Below, piece by piece: positions 27,818 through 41,308 of a stretch of 64,000 nt of DNA. The notes beneath the pieces are model-generated. The model was not told the origin of the DNA. It saw nothing but the letters and a program-made list of their open reading frames with translations, and ran no database searches. Source of the stretch: Octopus vulgaris (Eukaryota); assembly GCA_951406725.2 (NCBI GenBank), contig OX597836.1, positions 31,496,001-31,560,000 of the forward strand, read 5' to 3'. The position numbers and the translations under genes are program-made. Numbering within the stretch: position 1 is the stretch's first letter; the number at the start of each line of letters is the position of its first letter.

Positions 27818-28317
27818 TGTTTATGTTTACAAATGGGAAATTCTTTGGTTTTCTTTCTTCACATGCACGCATACATAGTTTTTTTTTTGTTTTGCTTTGA
27901 GTTCTTCTTAAGAGCGTTCAAGCCTTGTATGTATGTATGTATGTGTGGAGGTGCATAGCTTAGTGGTTAGGGTGTCAGCATCATGATTGTAAGATTGTGG
28001 TTTTGATTCCTGGACCGGGTGACACATTGTGTTCTTGAGCAAACCACTTCATTTCACGTTGCTCCAGTCCACTCAGCTGGCAAAAATGAGTAACGCTGCG
28101 ATGGACTAGCATCCCGTCCAGCTGGGGAACACATATGCCATGGAAACTGGAAAACCAGGATCATGAGCTTGGCTAGGCTTTAAAAGGGCGCATTTATTTA
28201 TTTTTTATTATGTATGTATGTTTGTATGTATGTATGTATGCGTGTGTATGTGTACATGCACACGCAAATGTACATGTAAGTGTGTGAGTGCATATAAATG
28301 TACATGAGTATATATAC

Positions 28318-28445
28318 CGTCAGAAATTAATTAGCACCCTTGATTTGCTCTTCACTCAAGGTATGTGCTGTTTGAACAGCTCATAGGTTAATTGATTTAA
28401 CCTATTTAATGTAGAAATTTGAGAAGTGCTAATTAATTTCTGACG
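28318..28445. mobile_element. Small MITE with inverted termini
   Basis: cgtcagaaattaattagcac / gtgctaattaatttctgacg. Confidence 0.65.
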
Positions 28446-30999
28446 CAAGTGTATATATGTATGCATGTATGTATGTAAATATGGGTGAAGAACTGGCATA
28501 CAACTTCAGTTGAATAAATATATAAATCTATAAAGTCTACAAGTATCTAGTACTCGCTTTTCCCTCATTTTTACACCAACGTGTGTGTGTGTGTGTATAG
28601 ATATATACACAAATGTGTGTGTGTGTGTGTAAAAATGGTGTAGTTATAGGGAAGTTGAAAAAAAAAAAAAAAAGCCATGAAACACAATATGGATTTCTTA
28701 AAGAGCTGAAAATATAAATGTGTAAATGTGAAAATGTTTTGGCAATATTTCACCTCAAATATACACAGAAAAAAAAAAAAAAGGCTACATACAAGTCATT
28801 TTAGCTATCAACACTAAGGCCATACTGGATCAATGTCTTCAAAATATGAAATAATAAGGATATTTAATACATGTAAAACTTGTAAAGAGGTGATCACATG
28901 ACCTCCTTCCAAGATATCACTAACACATACACAAAGATACACACACATATATATTGATATACATACATGCACAATTTTCTATGTAAGAGTTTATCAAAAA
29001 TATTTTTATTTGTGTAATTTAGTTGCCATATGATTTTATTAGTAATCCAAGACTAACTACCATGGTTGGAACTACTTGACTTCTGTCACTAATACTCTTA
29101 GGTATGAACATCACAATATCACACCTCCTTAGGTATACGGTTTCTTGTCTATGCACGAAATCAGCACCACCATCGTCATCATTATCATTTGTATTATTAT
29201 TATTATTATTGTTATTATAATTATTATTAAAGGCAGCGAGCTGGCGGAATAGTTACCACACCAGGCAAAATGTTCAGTGGCATTTCTTCTAGTTTTATGT
29301 TCTGAGTTTAAATTCTATCAAAATAGCCAGAAATAATGGGCTATACACATTTAGTTATTATAGACTTACATCTGTTTCAGATCTGTGTTTGGGTGCATTC
29401 ATGGTTCAATCTTAACAATCACTTGACTGATCGACTGAAAATATAGGGAACCACAAGCCTACATCTATCTTCTTCAGGGCTGTAAGCCTGTAATAAATAA
29501 CTGTGTATAATCCATTATTTCTGTCTATCTTATGTATCACTCAGTAAAAATGTGACATCTCAACTGGGTAGTGGAATTATGGATTTGCAAATCTGACTGA
29601 TGATGGACTTTGATTTTACAATACCAATCATAAGACCTTTTTCTTCACCTGATGTATTATTATCAGCAGAGAGTTTAGGAAGTATTTTGCCTGCATTACT
29701 AAACCCTTATTTAATATCTCTGTGTTTTGATATATATATATATATATAGATAGATTAAAATATAAATGAAAAGGCAAACTGTATACATAGTCTATAGACC
29801 ACATGTATATATATTCATCTAATGATATATCTAAATTAAATGTCCTTGTCAAGTCTTGCCAAACTGCTTGCCTTTCCATTGCTGTTTTAATCTATATCTT
29901 CCAGCTCAAAGGGAAGCCACTTCTAGCTGCTCCAGAAAGGCAGTCTTAACATCACATGTTCAACTGCAGTTCAAACCACAGCTCAAGTGGCATATCAAAT
30001 TAAGCACTCAGAATGCATATCTATTGGTTTGAGTCGCCCTGATGAAAACTCCTCGTATACTTTATATATCCAAAGAGAAGCCAAAATAGGGAGCCCTGGT
30101 GGATACCAACTGCTTGATTGCTAAGGCTTCAACAACTGAAACAAACAATTCAATCCATAACCCTTTCACAACATCAGAATGGAAAGGACAGAGATTTCTC
30201 AAAAGATCAGTATATTTTCTATATAATTGCACTAATACAAGCTCATATCAAAAGACCAATGTATTCTGTAAATGATGCCAAATAGAATAAATTTATGGTT
30301 AAACCCTTATTATAATAAAATTTATGTAAGGTAAATATATTATATGTATATATATATATATGTATATGTACATATGTATATATATGTATGTATATATACA
30401 TATATATATATATATTAATAATAATGTGAAGGCGCATGGCTCAGTGGTTAGAGTGTTGAACTTACGATCGTGAGGTTGTGAATTCAAATCCCGGACTGGG
30501 CTGCGTGTTGTGTTCTTGAGCAAGACACTTTATTTCATGTTGCTCCAGTTCACTCAGCTGTAGAAATGAGTTGCGACGTCACAGGTACCAAGCTGTATTG
30601 GCCCCTTTGCCTTTCCCTTGGACAACATTGGTGGCGTGGAGAGAGAAGGTCGGTAAGCATGGGCAACTGCTGGTCTTCCGTAAACAGCCTTGCCCGGACT
30701 TGTGCCTGGGCGGGTAACTTTCTAGGTGCAATATATATATATATGAAGTATTAAATACTCATGGTATGTGCAAATTAACTGTTCAAGTTCTCTGAAGTTA
30801 CAGGATTTGTTGTGTATATAAGCAGATATTGGCTAATTGTCCCTCTGGGATAGGTCAAATGATGTAGACTCCTCTGATAAGAATCCAAAAGATTCAAAAA
30901 TGAATTGAAGCTATTCATTGGTTTTTTTTTTTTTCCAATCTACAGAGAAATAGTTAAGTTTCTCCCTGAGTGAATGGAATGAGTAAGACATGACTATTG

Positions 31000-32060
31000 A
31001 TGAGTTGGGCTTCGAGGAGTGCAGTGTCAATGAAATCAGGGTCTTTGCTGCAGAGACACAGGGGCTGAAGAAATTATGATGAAAGGAGATATCATATTTG
31101 GTGCGAGTTTGATGTAAAGAATAAAAGTTGATGTAGATGTGAGAGCCTGCGAGGAAAAGTGAAAGATTTTAATAGGATGAGTGGGACAGACATTTACTGA
31201 AGAATATGAAAAGCTAAGGTGCATTCCTATGAGTGAAATGGAATTGAAACAGTAATTGACATAACAACTGCTTAGCTCAGGTGTTGGTCCAGTAAACTTA
31301 GTATAAATTTGGATTTTAATCTGGAACCCAGCTTGGTTGCCCACAGCTACTGTACTTAATATTAGTAGACATCACTGAAGAAGGTGCCACGTAAAAAGCA
31401 CCCACTACAATCTCGGAGTGGTTGGCATTAGGAAGGGCATCCAGCTGTAGAAACTCCGCCAAATCAAGATTGGAGCCTGGTGCAGCCATCTGGTTCGCCA
31501 GCCCTCAGTAAAAATCGTCCAACCCATGCTAGCATGGAAAGTGGACGTTAAACGATGATGATGATGATGATGATGATGGAAAATCAAATCAGACTGAGTG
31601 AGATAGAGATGTGCAGAGGCACAGGGTTCAAGTATGGTGAAGCAGACTAAGAACTTGATGGCCGAGAGGTTGTGACCATGGAGAATGAAAAGTATATGAG
31701 ATCTTACATCCATGGTAGAGAGGAGTTTAGAGGGTCCGGGACAGAAGGGAAAGGAGTTAAAGAGATGGAGGGCATGGTCTGTGGCATTGATATAGGACGG
31801 GAAAGTAGCAACATTAGTTGGTAGAGGTAGCTCACAATTAGTTTGGTGCTGGGGCATCTACAAGAAGGGGCAACAGGAAGTGTTAGGTTTGTGAATTTAG
31901 GGACAAAAGTAGATTGTGGAAGTGAAGACTATTTTGATAATGAGGGTTAGTGCAAGAGGAAATAGAGAGGGGATGAGCTGGTTCATAGTGAGATGAGTGG
32001 CTAAGATTTAGCCAGGGATGCTTTCTGCATGAAAAAGATAGACTAAAGTTTAGGGCACTA
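31000..32060 (-). mobile_element. Penelope-like reverse transcriptase relic, interrupted by an RTE-tail repeat (31383-31578)
   Basis: PSYINATDHALHLFNSFPFCPGPSKLLSTMDVRS resembles the PLE RT LPSY.KDT.H...LFTMDV.SLY motif. Confidence 0.65.
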
Positions 32061-32522
32061 AACATACATAATGCAGTTAGCTAGTTTTATAGGAACCTCT
32101 TTCGAAATTCCTATTTTTGTTTTTCACCCATTAACTTGTGTAGGTTCAACTATGTAAAATGTTAGAGAAAGAAACCTAGCTGTTTCTTGCAATACATACC
32201 ACTACATACATCTGAAGCAACATTTTTTCAGGGGCCCTTAAAATACAATTGTGGATCCCCCCAAAATCTTATATGAACCCACAGGGGCCATATAGACCCT
32301 GGTTGAGAACCACTGGTCTAATTGATAAGGTATTAAAATATAGCTGCTGAGTTTGAAGTAGTAGGTTACATGCCTGACCCCACAAAACTATTTTAATCAT
32401 AACATTCTTTTCCAAAAATGTTTCTATTATTCAATACTAAATAACAATAAACAACATAAATTGTTTACTTATAAACTAGAGCAACAGGTAACAAAAAAAA
32501 AAGTAAGAGTTTTTAACATTTT

Positions 32523-32528
32523 TTTATT
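32523..32528 (-). promoter_or_regulatory. Candidate PGM2 polyadenylation signal (3' UTR ~1.4 kb)
   Basis: AATAAA on the - strand followed by a U/GU-rich tract. Confidence 0.4.
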
Positions 32529-32800
32529 CATAAAAAAACCCCTCCCTAAACCCTTGTTGTTTACCATTTTCACCATGGTAAATCTGGCACTGGAAAAAAA
32601 TTCTATGTTTTTCCTTTCACTCGGCGTTCTAAACAGTATATTTGTATTGTTTAAATACTGTATTTGGTTCTGTTAAGATATTTGTGTATGTGTGTGTATG
32701 TATTTTATATCATATTATATATATATTTATAATAATCATAAAATGACAACAAAAGAATCAGTCCTCAATATTCGGTAAATAGAGGAATTTATATATGTAC

Positions 32801-32904
32801 AGTATAGGACAGTCAGTAAGTTGTCATAATAGGACTCAGAGTTTCAAATGCCGGCATTTGAAACTCTGAGTCCTATTATGACAGCTTACTGACTGTCCTA
32901 TACT
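32801..32904. repeat. Near-perfect 104-bp palindrome centred on gccggc
   Basis: 52-bp arms with a single mismatch and no spacer. Confidence 0.92.
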
Positions 32905-33242
32905 ATACATATATAAATATATATACATACACACATATATATATATGTTATGTATGTATGTATATGTGTGTATATATGTATGTATATATGTGTATGTGTG
33001 CATGTATATGTGTGTGTATGTGTATATATATGTGTGTGTATATATATATATACATATATGTATATATATGTATACATACATATATGTATACATATATATA
33101 TATATGTACATATATATCTGTATATATGTGTTGTATATATACACACACACACAAATACACATATATACATACATATCTATATGTACGTATGTGTATGCGT
33201 ATATATATAAGTAGTTATACGCATTCACATAAATATGCGTGC

Positions 33243-33349
<107 letters not shown>

Positions 33350-33897
33350 TGTACAGATATATTATCATTGCACAGATAAATCAAAAAAAAAATTTGAACC
33401 AAGGGAAATAACTCATGTACCATAACGGCGTGGAGTGATAGAAATTAAGCAAGGTTGTACTGAATAACCACCGAACGCAAAAAATTCTCGAAGAATTTAA
33501 AGTTGGAGAAAGAAAACCTAAAGTAGCATTCGTAAGCCTAGTTACAAAGAAAAGGGTGGAAGAATAATTTCGATAAGTTACAAATTAAAGTTTACAAAAG
33601 AAGATGAAAACAAATTAAATTCTCATGATCAATCGAAAATTGGATCTGATCGGGAACAGTGACATGGGACATGATTTAATTTTACTGGACTTCGTCATTT
33701 AATAAACATAATTGATCGTCTGATCAATAAACATAAAGAAAAATAAGTGTTAACAATACTTTGGGGACAGCAGTAATTTGCATAATAAAAAAAAATGTGT
33801 ATGCGTGAGTGTGTGTGCGAATATCATCTATGATATATGTATGGGTACACACATATAAGTACATATACGATATACACACGCAAACATATTTATGGGT

Positions 33898-35709
33898 TTA
33901 TGTACGAGCAACAAAGCCGTATTTTTCGGGTTGATAAAAGTACTTTTCAATGCATTTGACAATATCTTGCAATTCTTTCATGACATCAGCCTTCCCGAGA
34001 CCCCTGTCAGGCTTGGGACAATGTTCAGTGTAGTATTTGATCTTCGGTTCTGTCCCACTGGTTCTGAGGGTCGCTATACAACCGCAATCAAACGTGAAAG
34101 TAATGACATGGCTTGACTTACTAGTTGGTAGCAGAGGTACGCCGTCCTCGGTGTTACTGTCGAACCCCACAGTTAGATCCCGTATACCGCTGATAGCATA
34201 GGGTCCACAACTTTTCGGATAAGTCCCTGTTCCTTGATAGTTGCGAAGATCGGCGAACATTTGGTCAGTGGCCGACGAATCATAACTGAGGAAATAAGAA
34301 TTTATAGACAGGTGGTTGCCGTAAGTGGAGTAGACCTCTTCCAATTGATCATTTAAATTTTTTCCTGCCTGGTGAACATAACTGGCCATCTCAGCTATAA
34401 CAGCTGCAGCACTTACACCGTCTTTGTCAAGAACCTTACTGCCACACATAAAACCTATAGCTTCCTCGAATGCAAATAAAACACATTTACCTTGGTTGAT
34501 CAGTTTGTAAGATTCGCTGCCCATCCATTTAAAACCCGTTAAAGTTTCCACGAAATTCAAGTTTTCTTTGTTGGCGATAGCTTTCAATATTTTTGAGGAA
34601 ACAGTACTGGATAACATATAAACATCAGACATAGATTTGTTAGGGTGGTTGTCTTTGTAACATTTTACCAACCACCAACCAAACAGGGCCCCCAATTCGT
34701 TTCCAGTAAATATTTTCCATTTTCCGTCTACTTTCTCGGCCACTGCCAGTCGATCGGCGTCAGGATCATTGGCCAGAATGATGGAACTTTGGTGTTCATC
34801 GGCAGTTTTCATTGCCAGCTTTAAGGCACCCTCCCCTTCCTCTGGGTTAGGGTACTTCACAGTTGGGAAATCAGGGTCGGCTTCCACCTGCTCTTTAACA
34901 GGAATTGGTGGACTGAAACCAAATACCTCAAGCGATCGAGATGTGAATGGGTAACCGACTCCGTGCATGGCTGTATAAGTGAATTTCAGGGGAGACTTCT
35001 GATTCTGTGCTTTATGAAAACAGAGACTCTCCAAGTCTTTATTATATTCAGTATATACAGTTTCATAAGGGTCGCGAACGAGTGGGTTATCTTTCAATAC
35101 TGAAGTATCCCATGACGTACTCCATGGCTCCAGGTTGTTGTCAATGGAATCGGAGAGATATTTTTCATACGGAGACACAATCTGTGCTCCGTTGTTCCAG
35201 TAGACTTTATATCCATTGTCCTCTTTCGGATTGTGCGAAGCTGTCACCATAACGCCACATCGACAGCCATAATAGGAGACAGCATAGGGTACATAAGGGG
35301 TGGGGCACATCCTTGAATACAAATAAACGGGCACTCCAGCTCGAACGTAAATATTGGCCACTAACTGTGCAAACCTTAAGCTGTTGTAACGACCATCGTA
35401 ACCGACAACTACACCTTTCGCTTTCAATTTCTCACAATCGTCAGCTTCTATGTAACGAAGTATACCTTGGGTGGCTTGTATGATAATCAGTTCGTTCATA
35501 TAAGCAAATCCAGCGCCCATCTTCGCACGAAGCCCAGCAGTGCCGAAACTGATACGTTTCAAAAGACATTTCTTCAGTTCGGCGATGTTTTGTTTTTCTA
35601 GAAGATCGTTGATTTCCGAACGGGTTCGTTCGTTCTTATCCCATAACATCCACTGTTCTATTTTAGCGTCCAGCTCTTTATTTCCAGTAGTTTTCTTTTG
35701 CAGAGCCAT
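33898..35709 (-). CDS. PGM2: Phosphoglucomutase-2 / phosphopentomutase (alpha-D-phosphohexomutase), 603 aa, intronless CDS
   Basis: Uninterrupted ORF from ATG GCT CTG (MALQKK); motifs FGTAGLR, TASHNP (phospho-Ser loop), DPDADR (metal loop), FEEAIG, LRTSGTEPKIKYY. Confidence 0.96.
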   Translation of the reverse strand: MALQKKTTGNKELDAKIEQWMLWDKNERTRSEINDLLEKQNIAELKKCLLKRISFGTAGLRAKMGAGFAYMNELIIIQATQGILRYIEADDCEKLKAKGVVVGYDGRYNSLRFAQLVANIYVRAGVPVYLYSRMCPTPYVPYAVSYYGCRCGVMVTASHNPKEDNGYKVYWNNGAQIVSPYEKYLSDSIDNNLEPWSTSWDTSVLKDNPLVRDPYETVYTEYNKDLESLCFHKAQNQKSPLKFTYTAMHGVGYPFTSRSLEVFGFSPPIPVKEQVEADPDFPTVKYPNPEEGEGALKLAMKTADEHQSSIILANDPDADRLAVAEKVDGKWKIFTGNELGALFGWWLVKCYKDNHPNKSMSDVYMLSSTVSSKILKAIANKENLNFVETLTGFKWMGSESYKLINQGKCVLFAFEEAIGFMCGSKVLDKDGVSAAAVIAEMASYVHQAGKNLNDQLEEVYSTYGNHLSINSYFLSYDSSATDQMFADLRNYQGTGTYPKSCGPYAISGIRDLTVGFDSNTEDGVPLLPTSKSSHVITFTFDCGCIATLRTSGTEPKIKYYTEHCPKPDRGLGKADVMKELQDIVKCIEKYFYQPEKYGFVART

Positions 35710-36144
35710 TCTGATGCAACTGTGGGGTGTCAAGTGACGATAATGACAACACAAGTGTTTATAAATCCTTGAACTTTGTAGAAAGAGGAAGAGGTAGAAG
35801 TAGTTCAACTACTTACTGGTGTTTAGACAGAGGAGGAATGAGGGAAAGAGAGAGAGAGAGGAGGAGGAATGAAGGAAAGAGAGAGAGAGAGAGAGAGAGA
35901 GTTGAGATGGAAAGAAAGACAGTATGTGTCAGTGTGTGTGTTTGTGTGTGTGTATACGTATGCAGGTGTGTGCATGTGCGTGCGTGAAAGAATTACGGAT
36001 GGCTAAACGGACAATAAAAACCGTATTCCGTTCTCTATTGTTTGAAACGTGGTCCAACCACAGAAATTACTTAATCTACTAGAAATAATAATTAACTCTC
36101 CCGCTAACCACACTCTTAATTGAGCAGGCACAATATATACATAT

Positions 36145-36253
<109 letters not shown>

Positions 36254-37253
36254 ATAACGGCACATGCGTTTGCAGATAAATTTTTACCGTCTCAACTTTT
36301 TTTTGATTATGATTTTTTAAGGTAAAAAAAAAAGAAAATGGTCTTCGAATTATTGTTTTGAACACCGGAGATTCTGAATCCGGAAAATTATTCTATTTTA
36401 TTTTTAAATGCTTTCAGTTTAATCAAAACAGGAACAATGACAATAATAATAACAACAATGATGGTTTCAAATATTTGCATAAGACGAGTGATTTCGGGAG
36501 AGGGCTTAAGTCGATTACATCGACCCCAGTGCTCAAGTGGTGCTTATTTTATAGACCCTCGAAGGACAAAGGGTAAAGTTTTGTAAAAACATGAATCTGA
36601 AAAAAAAAAATGCCGCTAAGCATTTTTGACTGACAGCAAACGAATGTCAGCTCGCCACCTTAAACAATAGTAATATTAATAAGAACCTCGATAATTAGTT
36701 TTAGAACGTCTGTCATGTAAACAGGAAATGTGGATTCGTTTTCTACGGGCAGCATTCGACTTTTCCTATTCAAAGGAGGTTTTTTTAGCGCGATATCTAT
36801 TCGCTATTACTTATAACTTTATCTACTTCGAATTTCACCGTTCCAAAATAGAATTATTTCATATTTCGTTTACATTTAAAGTGTTTGACAACATTCATAT
36901 AATATAACATAATATAATATAATTGTTATAGTTTGCAATAATTCAGTGAAAAGGAATATATTTCACAAAAGAAAAACACGCAAAAAATGAGAACGAAAAA
37001 ACATCAAAGCAGCACCAAGTTCCTCAATTGGTCGCATAACACAAGGTTCAAAGGAATCTACTGAAGCAAACCAGTACGCTCGCGGCATTACCGCAAGCGC
37101 TGGAGAGGCTAAGATGTTGGAAAAGCCAAGGACCACCCTCGTGAGCATCACCTGACACCTCGGTAAGCCGAGCTACCAACGATGACAAGAACTTCGCTAT
37201 TAACGGCCCAAACCCTCCAAACGTCTCAAATGTCGCAGGTTAGAAGAGATAGT

Positions 37254-37643
37254 GGATCTTTTCGGTTTGAACGGCAGTTTTTTAAAAATAATTTTCACGT
37301 GACTAAACACTTTTAAACTTCGTATACTGGTAGAATGTGTTTATAAAACATCTTTTTCTCTTGGCTTTATTGAGGAAATTCTATAGTTTGTAAGATATTT
37401 TTTTTTTTCTTCAATTTCTGCAATTTCAACCAATCAATGACGTCTATTGTGTCATATGAATATGTCCCTCTTTTAAGAAACAGATTGGGTTTATTTACAT
37501 TTCTGAAGAAAAAAGATACCCTTCCCTCCACCCTAACTCTAAAATATATTGAAATGCAATAGATCGATACTAGGGTCATAATTATGGGTGACAATTTCAT
37601 ATGACACTGCTAGAAAAAACTGCCGTTCAAACTGAAAAGATCT
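37254..37643. mobile_element. Merlin-like non-autonomous DNA transposon inside an older LINE-like relic
   Basis: 8-bp TSD gagatagt; ~30-bp TIR ggatcttttcggtttgaacggcagtttttt. Confidence 0.8.
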
Positions 37644-39642
37644 GAGATAGTTCTGCCAGGTCCTGATGCTTCAGGGTTTTGTTCTATTTGGCTATGGAAG
37701 GAGTGACCATCCCATTTGCCGAAGCTTACAGGATGTGAAAGATATTTTGCTTACATTGAAAAGCAGCGGTTTCATTTTCTAAATCTTTAAAGGTTTCAGT
37801 TTCACTTTATCATGAATAAAATATATTTGTTTGATATACTCTTTACTCTCTTTTACTCTTTTACTTGTTTCAGTCATTTGACTGTGGCCATGCTGGAGCA
37901 CCGCCTTTAGTCGAGCAAATCGACCCCAGGACTTATTCTTTGTAAGCCCAGTACTTATTCTATCGGTCTGTTTTGCCGAGCTGCTAAGTTACAGGGATGT
38001 AAACATACCAGTATCTGTTGTCAAGCGATGTTAGGGGGACAAACAGCATATATGCATATATACGACGGGCTTCTTTCAGTTTCCGTCTACCAAATCCACT
38101 CACAAGGCTTTGGTCGGCCCGTGGATATAGTAGAAGACACTTACCCAAGGTGTCATGCAGTGGGACTGAACCCGGAACCATGTGGTTGGTAAGCAAGCTA
38201 CTTAGCACACAGCCTCTCCTACGCCTAATTTTATTTTTCATTTTCTAAAAAGACGAACATGAATTTGCTGTCACAGCTAACATAGTTATATAAATATTCC
38301 ACATTAAAATATAAATCCAAAAGCGAAGAAATTATAAACATGAGTGAAGAAAGAAAAATACATCAATTCACCACTAAATGCATCAATCAGTCGCACACTA
38401 TAAGGTTCAATGGAACTTATTGAAGCAAACCAACGAACTCACAGCATATATCTCTTTCTATTCTCCATAGGCCGGGATGATGACTTGATCTATCTTACAG
38501 TTTAACCCTTTTGTTACCATATTTCTGCTGAGATGCTCTGTGTTTCTTTCAATCAATTTTAAATATAACACAGAATTTCGTAAAATAATTTAGTTATCAT
38601 TCAGCTAGTGTTAGGAACATATATTTGGTGGAAGATTTTAATTCAAAACTTATGAAAATGAAACATTTGTAGTACGGATCCAGAGCAGGTTTCAGCCGGG
38701 TTGGTATCAAAAGGGTATATAACAAAGAATTTTGTAAAATAACTTAGTTATCATTTAGCTAGTGTTAGGAACATAAATTGTGACTAAGGTTTGGTGGAAG
38801 ATTTTAATTCAGAACTTATGAAAACAAGACATTTGTACTCATTGCCAGAGCCGGTTTCAGCCGGGTTGGTAACAAAAAGGGTTAATGCACTACTTAGCCC
38901 TTAGGCAGAGGGGCTCTAGTGGCTGTCATTCTCTTGCAAGCATTCAGGTTATGCCTCTGGTTTGCAAAGGACTTCCTCAATTCATCCTAGCAGTCTCAGA
39001 GAATCAGGAATAATAAAGAGTCTGGGATGTTGGCCTTCCCTTTCTGACTTTACAGTTGAGTGGCTGGGTCATAAGAATTTGCTTCCCAACCACATGGATC
39101 CGGGTTCAGTCCCACTGCGTGGCACCTTGGGCAAGTGTCTTCTACTATAGCTTCAGGCTGGTCAAAGCCTTGCAAAACTGAGTGAAACCCATCATGTGTG
39201 TGTGTGTGTGTGTGTATGTGCATGTATATATGTAGGTGTATATTCTTTTATTCTTTTACTTGTTTCAGTCATCTGACTGTGGCCATTCTGGAGCACCACC
39301 TTGAAGTATTTTTGTCAAACAATTCGACCCCAGGACTTATTTCTAAGCCTAGTACTTATTCTATTGGTTTCTTTGCCGAGCTGCTAAGTTACAGGGATGT
39401 AAACACACCAACACCGGTTGTCGAGCAACGATGGAGGTGACAAACACAGACACAAAGATGCGCACACATAGATATATACATACATTACTGGAACTTACTT
39501 TTTGTACTTTGCTATGTTGTCAATAAGGGTTTTTTTTTCACTCGTTTCAGTGAGTTACAACAGAATAATTCCTTCCTGGGTTTTGGTGGATAAGAAAGTC
39601 CATAACTGATGATGTAGTTCTCTCAATCTCTCTGTATATATA

Positions 39643-39696
<54 letters not shown>

Positions 39697-39780
39697 CGTG
39701 TAAATATATATATATATATATATCTATATATATATACACATACACACATATATCTACATATATATATACACACATACATA

Positions 39781-39828
<48 letters not shown>

Positions 39829-39862
39829 CATATATATTATATACATATATATATATATACAC

Positions 39863-39895
<33 letters not shown>

Positions 39896-39974
39896 CACAC
39901 ACATATATACATACACACACACACACATATATATACATATATACATATATATACATATATATAGACATATATAT

Positions 39975-40495
<521 letters not shown>

Positions 40496-40619
40496 CTATA
40501 TACATATATATATACATATATATATATATACATATATATATACATATATATATACATATATATATATATACATATATATATACATATATATATATAAACA
40601 TATATATATATATACACAC

Positions 40620-40654
<35 letters not shown>

Positions 40655-40717
40655 CATACATATATATATACATACATATATATATACATATATATATATA
40701 CATACACATATATATAC

Positions 40718-40768
<51 letters not shown>

Positions 40769-40777
40769 CATACATAC

Positions 40778-40902
<125 letters not shown>

Positions 40903-41238
40903 ATATAAGTGAAGTGGTGAGCTGGCAGAATCGTTAGCACACCGGACAAAATACTTCTCAAGCATTTCGTCCGTCTTCACATCGTGAGTTCAAACTCCTC
41001 CGAGGTCAACTTTGCCTTTCTCAGGCACAGGACTGGCTGTGTGGTAAGTAGCTTGCTTACCAACCACATGGTTCCGGGTACAGTCCCACTGCATGGCACC
41101 TTGGCCAAGTGTCTTCTACTATACGATTATATATATATATATATATATATATTTAAAGGGCTTTTGTATGCTAGGCTACTGGTTTTAAATTGATATTAAT
41201 TAAATTAATATTCAATTTATCTCCCTCATTATTTAAAT

Positions 41239-41308
<70 letters not shown>

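Larger units (their letters stand above)
24065..30939 (-). pseudogene. Degenerate multi-exon gene, downstream block: segments near 30939-30760, 30135-29800, 29719-29560, 26230-25990, 25654-25430, 24167-24065
   Basis: Acceptor-bounded, protein-like frames with stops, e.g. WYPPGLPILASLWIYKVYEEFSSGRLKPIDMHSECLI*YAT*AVV*TAVEHVMLRLPFW and SEQAWKAFAK*ILLEEFTIKP*DVVPFILEHLDD; phases less certain. Confidence 0.42.

Noticed and set aside
30038-30050. CTGATGA hammerhead core-like word
   Set aside because: No closing stem II, GAAA or stem I partner; it lies inside an exon-like segment.
33898-35709. Bacterial horizontal transfer or contamination as the origin of the intronless PGM
   Set aside because: The protein looks like animal PGM2 and is embedded in host microsatellites and UTR-like DNA with no operon context; a phylogeny would be decisive.
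35710-35808. 33-aa N-terminal extension of the PGM2 ORF in the track
   Set aside because: Starts at a non-ATG codon and is not PGM2-like; the first ATG is at 35709.
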